This document shows, in pieces, positions 9,114-17,438 of a stretch of 28,833 bases of DNA. Source of the DNA: Cocleimonas sp. (GTDB lineage: Bacteria > Pseudomonadota > Gammaproteobacteria > Thiotrichales > Thiotrichaceae); contig JAGLDT010000127.1 in assembly GCA_023145485.1 (NCBI GenBank), positions 1 to 28,833 on the forward strand, read 5' to 3'. The notes beneath the pieces are model-generated. The model was not told where the DNA came from and searched no databases. It worked only from the letters and a program-made list of their open reading frames with translations. The number at the start of each line of letters is the position of its first letter. Positions within the stretch are counted from its first letter, which is position 1. The position numbers and the translations under genes are program-made.

Positions 9114-9599
9114 TTAAAATACGTAAAATAATATCTGTGCAACACCAATAGCGGTTGCGAAAAATAAGGCGGCGACGACTAAACTAACGGGATTTAGTAA
9201 GGCTCCCCCTGCTAATGCGTGACCTGATGTACAGCCCCCTGCTAAACGTGCGCCAATACCTAATAATGCTCCCCCAGCAACTAACATTAGCCCTTTTAGT
9301 ACATCACTACTTGGTAAAACATTGTCATACACACCCATATCAAAACTAAAGGCAAAGCTGCTCTCTTGAATAAAGAGGACATGAATTAAGCCACCAAGGG
9401 GTAAGCCAAGTGAGAAGAAGAACTTTAGTGGGTCTAAGTCGTATCCAAAAAATAGTGATTTTGATTGGGTTGTTCGTTTTACTGCACAGACAAACCCAGT
9501 TGAGCCACCAACCCCTCGACCAATAAGAACAAAATGCATAACAACAAATATGCCCATCAATACACCGCCTAACCATGCGGCAAGAATATAATTTTCCAT
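9114..9599 (-). CDS. YeeE/YedE-family sulfur-transport membrane protein (PmpA-like half)
   Basis: GGALLGIGARLAGGCTSGH motif; four TM helices; 18 nt upstream of its partner. Confidence 0.85.
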   Translation of the reverse strand: MENYILAAWLGGVLMGIFVVMHFVLIGRGVGGSTGFVCAVKRTTQSKSLFFGYDLDPLKFFFSLGLPLGGLIHVLFIQESSFAFSFDMGVYDNVLPSSDVLKGLMLVAGGALLGIGARLAGGCTSGHALAGGALLNPVSLVVAALFFATAIGVAQILFYVF

Positions 9600-10027
9600 A
9601 ACGGTTCCCCATATTTTAAGACTTTTTTATTTCGTATTTTAGGTAGAGTCTTAGATATCCATAATATCCATAGCCCTTGAGTTACTAACCTAAAATTCAG
9701 TATAAATCATAATAAATACGTCCTAGCTATACCCTGAAAGTAATAAGTAAAATTTATCAATAGGTTTTTTTAGCATAAATATTTTTCGCTAAGCCCATAA
9801 CCTTTTCAAAACCAACACTAAGCTAATAAACTATAATTCAACCACTTAAATAGCATGGACTTTAAAAATTTTACCAATCATAAGCCCACAACACCCAAGT
9901 GACAAATAAAGTATATTATTAAATGCTTATTTAGTCAACCAATGATATAAAAAAAATTAATAACCTTTAAGATCTATATTTATTATAACCTTATGATCAA
10001 TTATTAATCAAATAGTTCCCCGTATAA

Positions 10028-10064
10028 ATAAAAATGCCACAACAAATTGCTGTGGCATTTTTAT
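10028..10064. terminator. Intrinsic terminator hairpin
   Basis: ATAAAAATGCCACA-N9-TGTGGCATTTTTAT, 14-bp arms. Confidence 0.75.
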
Positions 10065-10107
10065 AAAACGGATGCTAAGTAATATTATAGAGAGGCGTTT
10101 ATTAAAC

Positions 10108-10138
10108 TTCCCTATTGGTGTTGTCTAACAATAGGGAA
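10108..10138 (-). terminator. Second hairpin directly after the stop of the 811-aa gene
   Basis: TTCCCTATTG-N11-CAATAGGGAA, 7 nt past the stop. Confidence 0.5.
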
Positions 10139-10145
10139 AAAGCGT

Positions 10146-12581
10146 TTAATCAACGTAACACTCTATTGTAATAATTCTATTGCTACCATCAGACAAGGTA
10201 TAGGTAATGGTTGCTATTCCTATATAACCTTCGGGGTCAAAGAATAGGGTGTGTTTTGATGAGTCACCGTCATAAATCTTGATAGAACCTTCGGATGAAC
10301 TGACATTGACAAGGGTTCTATCATCATTTGTTGCAAGTACCGCAAAAGAGTCGCCTCCTGCGCTAATGCTGACAGGAATACCAACGGTGCAACAGTTATC
10401 ATCGTCACTGCCATCATCACCATCACCATCATCCGTGGTTCCATTTTCAGTTACAGTAATAGTAACGGTTGCGACGGCAGTATTGCCATTTTTATCCACT
10501 ACGGTATAGGTATACTGATCGGTACCAAAAAAATCAGCGCTTGGGGTATATACTAATTCACCCGCATTCGTTCCTGCAGTGACTAGACCATTAGTGCCTT
10601 GGGTATGACTTTGAAGCGTTACAGCCTCTCCTGTAGAACCATTAAGTACATTAAGTACCGAATTAGTCCCTTGTTGAATCGTATCGGTGAAATTTTCCGC
10701 AGTAACCGTGATTCCTGTTCCTTGTTTAGTTACTGTCACTGTTACGGTTGCAGTCGCTTTATCACCACTGGCATCAATAATGCTGTAATCAAAATAGTCT
10801 GTTCCTGTAAAGTCAGCCTTGGAGGTATAAACAAACTGACCATTAACGAGTACAACAATGCCATTTGCACCCTGAGTAAACCCATCAGCGACTATTTGGA
10901 TGCCTTTACCTTCATTATCCGTATCATTTGCAATCACATCGATAGTAATACTCTGCCCTGTTATAACCGTTGCAATATCATTGTTGGCAATCGGAGTTAA
11001 TGGTGTAACGCTAGTGTCACTACCCGCAGTCGTTAGGTAAGTATCAATACCACGGTTATGTTTAATCGTATTATGTAATGCGCGTTTAATCCATACAGGT
11101 GCTGTTGGGATAACCTCTGTCCTCCATACAACGCGTGGTGTACCAGGTGCGCCTTTATCTATCATAACGCGTTTATAACCTGTTTTAACTTTATTGGTTA
11201 TGCTACGCGTGCCTGTTTGAACCCGTTTGGTGATATTACGATAGCCTGTTTTATAGCTTGAATGCACTGTAACGTATTCGATATCCACACGACGATTTTT
11301 AAAGTCCTGCTCTGGTGTGGTTGGATATTTAGGATTTGATTTACCCACGCCACGTGCAATTAGGTGTTGAGGATTAAAACCTTCTTTAATTAAGAAAGCA
11401 CGTACTGATGCAGCACGTCGCTCTGATAAGCGTTGATCATATAGTGTATCACCCATTTGGCAGGTATTGCCCGTAATACGAATCACCCCTTTATAGCCAT
11501 TTTTACGAATTTGAACAGCAATTCGTTTTAAGCGAGCCTGAGCAGATGGAATAAGATTTGCACGGTTTAGCTTAAAGAAAGTCTGTCCCTCAAGCTCCAT
11601 GGTACTTTTAACTAATTGCTTATACGGTACTTTTAGGGTTTTATTACCATAAACGGGTACGTTAGTCGTTTTGTTGGCATAAACGGCGCGCTTTTGATAA
11701 CGAGTAGCCCGTGCTTTTCCTGGTACTTCCACGCGCACACGGCGATAACGTCGATCAGGCTGGAAAACATTATCCCCACCAAAATCATAACGATAACTTA
11801 AATTACCACTAACCTTGCGCTTATCAGACCCATCCTTATAGCCTCCCTTTTTCTCATCGGATCGAATATCCACACCGACACTATGCGGTGTCCCTTGGAA
11901 GAATTTTTCAACACCCGCAGACAGTGACAATAAGGTCGCCTCATCCTCATTCACTCCTTCCTCATCACCCCATTGGTAGTCAAGGCCACCACGAACACGT
12001 AGGTTGGATTCATCAATAAATGTCCCTACACTAGCCCCTACACCGTAGTCATAAGCTTTCTCTGATACTGTGGAAGAAGAAACCGTTACTTTTTTCTTTC
12101 GACTCAGTCCTTTGCTAACATGTCCTTCCCAAAACGTAGATTCCGTTTCCTGCCCAAAGCCAACGGTTGCCTTTGCATGTTTTGCTTTATTACGATCATA
12201 AGCGCCGTAAACCTTGTTAATATGACCTGCTTGACCGCGCTCATTGCGCACAACCCAGTTATGGTCTAAGCGTACACCACCAGATTTAAGCCCAGAGTCA
12301 TCACCATCGAACTCAACCCCCGCCCACAAACCAGCACTGGTTGAACTATTATTATCTTCTGATAACACGGCGTTCACATCAAAGGTCGTATCACCCTCAT
12401 CATTAATACTAACGCCAACATTGGAGCCACTTCCAACGTAATTATAATTAATATTTTTAACCTGTTGAGCTGACATGCCTTGCTGAGGTGATGCCTTTGC
12501 CTGAGTTGCTAAAATGGCAACAGAACTCAATACGACGGGCAGATAAGCCCATTGGTAGATTTTTATATGTTTAGCTATCAT
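10146..12581 (-). CDS. Large outer-membrane/surface protein: putative N-terminal beta-barrel, OmpA-like domain and C-terminal Ig-like (Big_9/cadherin-like) repeats
   Basis: Signal peptide (ending AKA); amphipathic strands ending NLSYRYDF; OmpA-like FFKLNRANL...GNTC...LSERRAASV...NRRVDI; repeats PIANND...FTGTDYFDYSIID and FFGTDQYTYTVVD. Confidence 0.85.
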   Translation of the reverse strand: MIAKHIKIYQWAYLPVVLSSVAILATQAKASPQQGMSAQQVKNINYNYVGSGSNVGVSINDEGDTTFDVNAVLSEDNNSSTSAGLWAGVEFDGDDSGLKSGGVRLDHNWVVRNERGQAGHINKVYGAYDRNKAKHAKATVGFGQETESTFWEGHVSKGLSRKKKVTVSSSTVSEKAYDYGVGASVGTFIDESNLRVRGGLDYQWGDEEGVNEDEATLLSLSAGVEKFFQGTPHSVGVDIRSDEKKGGYKDGSDKRKVSGNLSYRYDFGGDNVFQPDRRYRRVRVEVPGKARATRYQKRAVYANKTTNVPVYGNKTLKVPYKQLVKSTMELEGQTFFKLNRANLIPSAQARLKRIAVQIRKNGYKGVIRITGNTCQMGDTLYDQRLSERRAASVRAFLIKEGFNPQHLIARGVGKSNPKYPTTPEQDFKNRRVDIEYVTVHSSYKTGYRNITKRVQTGTRSITNKVKTGYKRVMIDKGAPGTPRVVWRTEVIPTAPVWIKRALHNTIKHNRGIDTYLTTAGSDTSVTPLTPIANNDIATVITGQSITIDVIANDTDNEGKGIQIVADGFTQGANGIVVLVNGQFVYTSKADFTGTDYFDYSIIDASGDKATATVTVTVTKQGTGITVTAENFTDTIQQGTNSVLNVLNGSTGEAVTLQSHTQGTNGLVTAGTNAGELVYTPSADFFGTDQYTYTVVDKNGNTAVATVTITVTENGTTDDGDGDDGSDDDNCCTVGIPVSISAGGDSFAVLATNDDRTLVNVSSSEGSIKIYDGDSSKHTLFFDPEGYIGIATITYTLSDGSNRIITIECYVD

Positions 12582-13035
12582 ACTTGCCTTCTTTATTGTT
12601 CGTTATTTAACTCAATTAGCATTGCATTCAGCAACGCTTAAGCATGACTTAAAGTATGACGAGATTTACTGATTATAGAATTCCCACTTATCAGCAGAAA
12701 GACACGACTAATTCCGTTCCTCACTTTATTACTACCGCGATAAAATGAGATGTAAAAATAAGCAAAAAATGATCGACTCATAAACACAAAAAGTTAGTCT
12801 TACAAAGTTTTTTATTGATCTATGAAAAACCTAATAAAGCTATTGGCCTATTTACCTCTCTTAAATAGCTTAAATATTATCCTGATATGGTTTTTTAAAG
12901 AAAGCACTGACACTCTTGCTGAGTGTTATAAAAAGGGCGGTTTTTTTTGTATGAATTCTAATTTTAATAGAGGTATTTGCAATACTAACGCGCTATACTT
13001 AAAGTGTTTTCTAACCTAAGGACGGGTCTCCTACC

Positions 13036-13437
13036 ATGAACGCATTAAATTATATCCCTCTATTTGCACTTTTTCTGATTACTTATTGGGCAATGCATCT
13101 TTTTGGAATATCACATGAAAGGCTCTATTACGTTGCAGCTCATGTACAATTGCCATCAGGTACAGTATGGAAGCCAACATGGGGTGATCTGATGATACTA
13201 CTTGGTATTGTTGCGCTTTATATTGAGTTGTTTAAGGCAACCCGTACATCAACTATGGCAATTGTTGATCACACCTTGTCTACCTTTGTACTCATTGGCT
13301 TTTTTACTTCTTGGTTAGTATTTGACTGGGCTGGAAATTCTATCTTCTTAACACTGACCTTCATGGCCTTTTTAGATGTTATTGCAGGTTTTACTATCAC
13401 TATCTCTACCGCTCGACGAGACCTTGCAATGAAGTAG
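13036..13437 (+). CDS. Conserved hypothetical membrane protein (about 4 TM helices)
   Basis: LPSG...TWGDL, ELFKATRT...IVDH.LS and DVIAGF.ITI.TARRD. I recall this pattern from uncharacterised proteobacterial membrane proteins; not checked. Confidence 0.75.
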   Translation: MNALNYIPLFALFLITYWAMHLFGISHERLYYVAAHVQLPSGTVWKPTWGDLMILLGIVALYIELFKATRTSTMAIVDHTLSTFVLIGFFTSWLVFDWAGNSIFLTLTFMAFLDVIAGFTITISTARRDLAMK

Positions 13438-13487
13438 CGATGCTCTATTGCTCGTACCTTGTTCGATATAGGCTAAAACTCATTAGA

Positions 13488-13525
13488 TTAGAGGATGCAA
13501 CAGGAAGTAGTGTTGCATCCTCTAA
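13488..13525. repeat. Perfect 15-bp inverted repeat between convergent genes
   Basis: TTAGAGGATGCAACA-GGAAGTAG-TGTTGCATCCTCTAA; no U-tract on either side. Confidence 0.8.
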
Positions 13526-13608
13526 ATCGTAAGAGCAAGAAAGCTCCAAGTAATAAACCCACTGCCTCAGATTTAAAAGGATTGACCGTTTATTTCCTTG
13601 GATTAGCC

Positions 13609-15645
13609 TTATCTTCGCTGAGCCATTTTATTCCGCTGTTGTTCCTTGCGTCGGCGTGCTTGTAAACGCTTTTTAGCGTTCTTTTTCAATCTATTTGCTT
13701 TGAATGCTTTTACTCTATTCGCTTCTCTTTTGCGAATGGCATTAATTTTTTTCATTGCATGAGCGCGGCGTACCATTTCTTGTTTAATGGTGTTTTCTAT
13801 TCTTTTCTGCGCCGTTTTACGACGTTTTGTTTCTGTTTTTAGCAGGGTAATATTTCTTCTTTCTTGGGGATCGACACCTGCATTACCAACTAGAGCAAAG
13901 ATTCCCCTACCTGGGTTTTTTCTGGGTTTGATTAGATGCGCAATAAATCGACCTGTGCAGGAGTGCCACCAGCAGGGGCTATGGTGGGCAAAGGTCATTA
14001 ATGCACGGTGCTTTGGGGCGGTATGGATGGGTTGGTTAATGTATTCCTTAGTTCCCCAGCTACCAAACCAACGTGGTGTTCTTGGTGCTGAAAATGTTAC
14101 AAATAAGGTGCCACCCGCTTTTTTCCAGCCAGACAAAAGATCGTAATAGGCCTGCCCCATTTTTCGGCTTCGATTAGCAGCAATAAATAATCGGGTTGGG
14201 TTTTGCTTTACATTGCGACTCTCCCAGTCAACTAAATGTTGTCCACCCTCATAAGCAACCAGCTGTACACCGTATTTTCTTGCTGTTTTAGCTTGTTTTT
14301 TAATAAGTTTAATGACGCTGGGAATGGAGTAGGGTTCTTTAGGGTTGTAGATTGCCTTAAAAATATCATCAACAGAGCGTGCGCGACGTGATGTGCTCAT
14401 TTTTGGGTAAAAATAAGGTGCAATGGCTAAGACATCCGTTTTTTTATACGCATTTCGATAAGAAAGCACCATATCGCTTAATCGAGAATAGGGCGTGTAG
14501 CCCCCCATAACCCGTACAAGACGTTGATTTCCACCAAAGATTCTTTCCCATAAATTAAATATTTGTACACTTCGAAGTGAGTAATATTTATAGCCTGCTT
14601 TTATTTTGTCTTTATCAAGGCGCATGGCTAAGCCCCTTTTTTTAACATAATTTGCCTGTGTAAAAATACCATTCCATGCTTCGTTGGTATATTCAATGTA
14701 GATTTTAAGTTGGGGGTTTAAGTTTTTTCGAACATATTTCGCAAATTGTTGAATATATTGATTATTTGCTTTGTGTGGTAAGCAAAACCATGGGTCAATA
14801 TTTAAAATATTTGCCAATGCGACCATCATTTCAACGGGGACACCACGAACGGCTGTTTTTCCTCCCCATGTTTGCTGTGTTAGCTTATTGCGCTTAGCCC
14901 ATGAGGTAATAGGATTGCGCGTGATGCCTGACATATTCATAAAGCGAATGACTTTGAAGTCTTTCATATAATCCAAATAGGCAGGACTGAAAATAATAGT
15001 ATTAAAATGTTGCACAAAGGATAGATACTGTCCAGGGCGACATTTTTTGGGATTTCTAATATGGCGAAAAGGGTTGTTACTGCAAATACCACCTGGCATT
15101 AAAATATGGATATTGCGAATATAATTTTTTGGATCGGTTTTTTTGATAATTAAAGTAGCATTAATTTCCCGTTTATTGCTGGCATTAATCGCAATAATAT
15201 CCTTTCCTGGAAAGCGTTTGATTAATTTTGCATTATGACCATAAATAATTTTTCCTTTACCTTGATATAAAACGGTATACAGACCTTTGGGTAAAACTTG
15301 TGCTGGCACATCTTTAATAAAACGGGTTCCGACCTGAGCATATTTTGGAATATAGGTTGGCCAGCCATCTCGGTCGTAGCGTATACGCCCTTTAGTCAGC
15401 CATGGGCGTGCTTCTTCAAAAGGAATTGATGATTTAAAAATATCAACAAATGGCAAACTAGCATCATCTTCTGTGATTTCATTGGTATTGATACCAAGTG
15501 GTGAATTGACGGACGATGCGCTAAATGCAAGAGAAACTGGGAAAAGCAGTATAATGCCTACGCAGAGTGTGTTTTTAATAGTAGAAATGAAAACGTTGGA
15601 TCGAAAAATCATATAAAATCTTGAGACTGTCGTATGATTAAGCAT
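13609..15645 (-). CDS. Exported putative glycoside hydrolase of the family often labelled 'cellulose-binding protein', with a polybasic C-terminal tail
   Basis: Signal peptide; LGIN...PFVDIFK, IRFMNM, GVPVEMMVALAN...DPWFCLPH, IEYTNEAWN and AYEGGQH. Last ~90 aa are K/R-rich. Confidence 0.7.
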   Translation of the reverse strand: MLNHTTVSRFYMIFRSNVFISTIKNTLCVGIILLFPVSLAFSASSVNSPLGINTNEITEDDASLPFVDIFKSSIPFEEARPWLTKGRIRYDRDGWPTYIPKYAQVGTRFIKDVPAQVLPKGLYTVLYQGKGKIIYGHNAKLIKRFPGKDIIAINASNKREINATLIIKKTDPKNYIRNIHILMPGGICSNNPFRHIRNPKKCRPGQYLSFVQHFNTIIFSPAYLDYMKDFKVIRFMNMSGITRNPITSWAKRNKLTQQTWGGKTAVRGVPVEMMVALANILNIDPWFCLPHKANNQYIQQFAKYVRKNLNPQLKIYIEYTNEAWNGIFTQANYVKKRGLAMRLDKDKIKAGYKYYSLRSVQIFNLWERIFGGNQRLVRVMGGYTPYSRLSDMVLSYRNAYKKTDVLAIAPYFYPKMSTSRRARSVDDIFKAIYNPKEPYSIPSVIKLIKKQAKTARKYGVQLVAYEGGQHLVDWESRNVKQNPTRLFIAANRSRKMGQAYYDLLSGWKKAGGTLFVTFSAPRTPRWFGSWGTKEYINQPIHTAPKHRALMTFAHHSPCWWHSCTGRFIAHLIKPRKNPGRGIFALVGNAGVDPQERRNITLLKTETKRRKTAQKRIENTIKQEMVRRAHAMKKINAIRKREANRVKAFKANRLKKNAKKRLQARRRKEQQRNKMAQRR

Positions 15646-15672
15646 ACAAACAAATCAGCATCCTTGTTTGTA
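15645..15672 (-). promoter_or_regulatory. Translation-initiation hairpin with GGA in the loop (CsrA-like site)
   Basis: mRNA UACAAACAA-GGAUGCUGAU-UUGUUUGUA(UG): a 9-bp stem that includes the A of AUG and contains ACAAGGAUG. Confidence 0.5.
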
Positions 15673-15902
15673 ATTAAGATACATATTGTAGATGTAATAG
15701 ACTAATTATCCAAAGAAAATTAGATTAATAATAAATTATTTTTTTACTTGTCATAAGTAGTCTTTTGAATTTACCCTAAAAATAAGTTTAGACTGAATAT
15801 CAATCGCTATCAAAATACTGTTGTAAATTTTTTTCATAAGGCAGTAGTATCACTTTTTTGTTAGAGTGCACTAATAACAAACACCATTGAAATATTACCT
15901 CT

Positions 15903-17372
15903 ATGAATGACTTACCTGAATCTAATAATAGTTTGCTCCTAGCTCTGCGCGAAATACTGCCTGAAAAATATCTATTAACGACCAAGGAAGACTTGAAACC
16001 CTATGAATGTGATGGTTTTCCTGTTTATCGACGTTTACCTCTTGCCGTTGCCTTACCCAGTACGATTGAAGAGGTGCAAAAAATTATCCATGTCTGTGAG
16101 AGTTTACGTGTGCCGATAGTTGCCCGCGGTGCAGGAACGGGATTATCAGGTGGTGCTTTGCCTCATGAAGGCGGTATTATTCTTGGTTTAGCACGCTTTA
16201 ATCGTATTCTTGAAATTAATGATGACAGTATGACGATGCGAGTCCAGCCAGGGGTGCGTAATTTAGCAATCTCTGAAGCGGCGGCTCCCTATGGTTTGTA
16301 TTATGCGCCTGATCCTTCTTCACAAATTGCCTGTACTATTGGTGGGAATGTGGCAGAAAATGCCGGGGGGGTGCATTGTTTAAAATACGGTTTGACGGTG
16401 CATAATGTATTGGAAGTCAAAATCATTACGGTAGAAGGCGCGTTAGTGACATTAGGCTCTAGTACCTTGGATACGCCAGGTTATGACCTGTTAGGCTTGA
16501 TGACAGGTTCAGAGGGAATGTTAGGAATTATTGTTGAGGTTGTAGTAAAGCTATTGCCACGTCCTCCTGAAACTAAAGTATTAATGGCATCTTTCGATAC
16601 AGTAGAGGATGCTGCGAATGCGGTTTCAACGATTATTTCAGCAGGGATTATTCCAGCAGGATTGGAAATGATGGATAACTTAGCCATTCAAGCGGCTGAA
16701 GCGTTTGCTCATGCGGGTTATCCTGTTGATGCGGAGGCTATTTTACTGTGTGAATTAGATGGCGAAGGTGAACAGCTTGCAGAAGAAGTGAGCCTTGTTG
16801 CTGATATTTTAAGAGAAGCCAATTCAATTCGTGTGGTAATGGCGAGTTCTGATGAGGAAAAGGCTACACTGTGGGCGGGTCGCAAGGCCGCTTTTCCTGC
16901 GGTTGGTCGCTTATCACCTGACTATTATTGCATGGATGGCACTATCCCACGCAAAAAAATAGCGGCAGTATTAGCTGAGATACAAGCATTATCAGAACAT
17001 TATGATTTACGGGTAGCGAATGTCTTTCATGCAGGGGATGGTAATTTACATCCTCTGATTTTATTTGATGCAGGAAAAACGGGCGAACTGGAAAGAGCAG
17101 AACATTTTGGTGCTGATATTTTAGAATTATGCGTAAAAATGGGGGGTACGATTACGGGTGAGCATGGGGTAGGATTTGAAAAACTGGATCAAATGTGTGT
17201 GCAGTTTAGTGAAGATGAATTGACCCACTTTCATAATATTAAATACGCCTTTGACCCTTATGAGTTACTTAATCCTGGCAAAGTGATTCCTACCTTGCAT
17301 CGTTGTGCTGAGCTAGGTGCTATGCATGTTCATCATGGTGAATTGCCTCACCCTGATATTCCGCGTTTTTAG
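15903..17372 (+). CDS. glcD: Glycolate oxidase subunit GlcD (FAD-linked)
   Basis: PIVARGAGTGLSGGA, YAPDPSSQIACTIGGN, FHAGDGNLHP, ITGEHGVG and LNPGK. Confidence 0.96.
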   Translation: MNDLPESNNSLLLALREILPEKYLLTTKEDLKPYECDGFPVYRRLPLAVALPSTIEEVQKIIHVCESLRVPIVARGAGTGLSGGALPHEGGIILGLARFNRILEINDDSMTMRVQPGVRNLAISEAAAPYGLYYAPDPSSQIACTIGGNVAENAGGVHCLKYGLTVHNVLEVKIITVEGALVTLGSSTLDTPGYDLLGLMTGSEGMLGIIVEVVVKLLPRPPETKVLMASFDTVEDAANAVSTIISAGIIPAGLEMMDNLAIQAAEAFAHAGYPVDAEAILLCELDGEGEQLAEEVSLVADILREANSIRVVMASSDEEKATLWAGRKAAFPAVGRLSPDYYCMDGTIPRKKIAAVLAEIQALSEHYDLRVANVFHAGDGNLHPLILFDAGKTGELERAEHFGADILELCVKMGGTITGEHGVGFEKLDQMCVQFSEDELTHFHNIKYAFDPYELLNPGKVIPTLHRCAELGAMHVHHGELPHPDIPRF

Positions 17373-17438
17373 CATTTATTGTTTTATTCTTAAAACAAGT
17401 TAACTTAAATTTATAACGTAATTATTTATAGAAAACAT

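Noticed and set aside
10220-12441. Alternative-frame and antisense ORFs inside the 811-aa gene
   Set aside because: By-products of repetitive Thr/Val/Asp codons in the real gene.
12822-13019. 65-aa ORF in the divergent intergenic region
   Set aside because: No Shine-Dalgarno, AT-rich promoter-like DNA and no motif. A small protein cannot be excluded without Ribo-seq.
12582-13035. Possible c-di-GMP or other riboswitch upstream of the adhesin
   Set aside because: I could not find the conserved core motifs by eye; an Infernal/Rfam scan would be needed.
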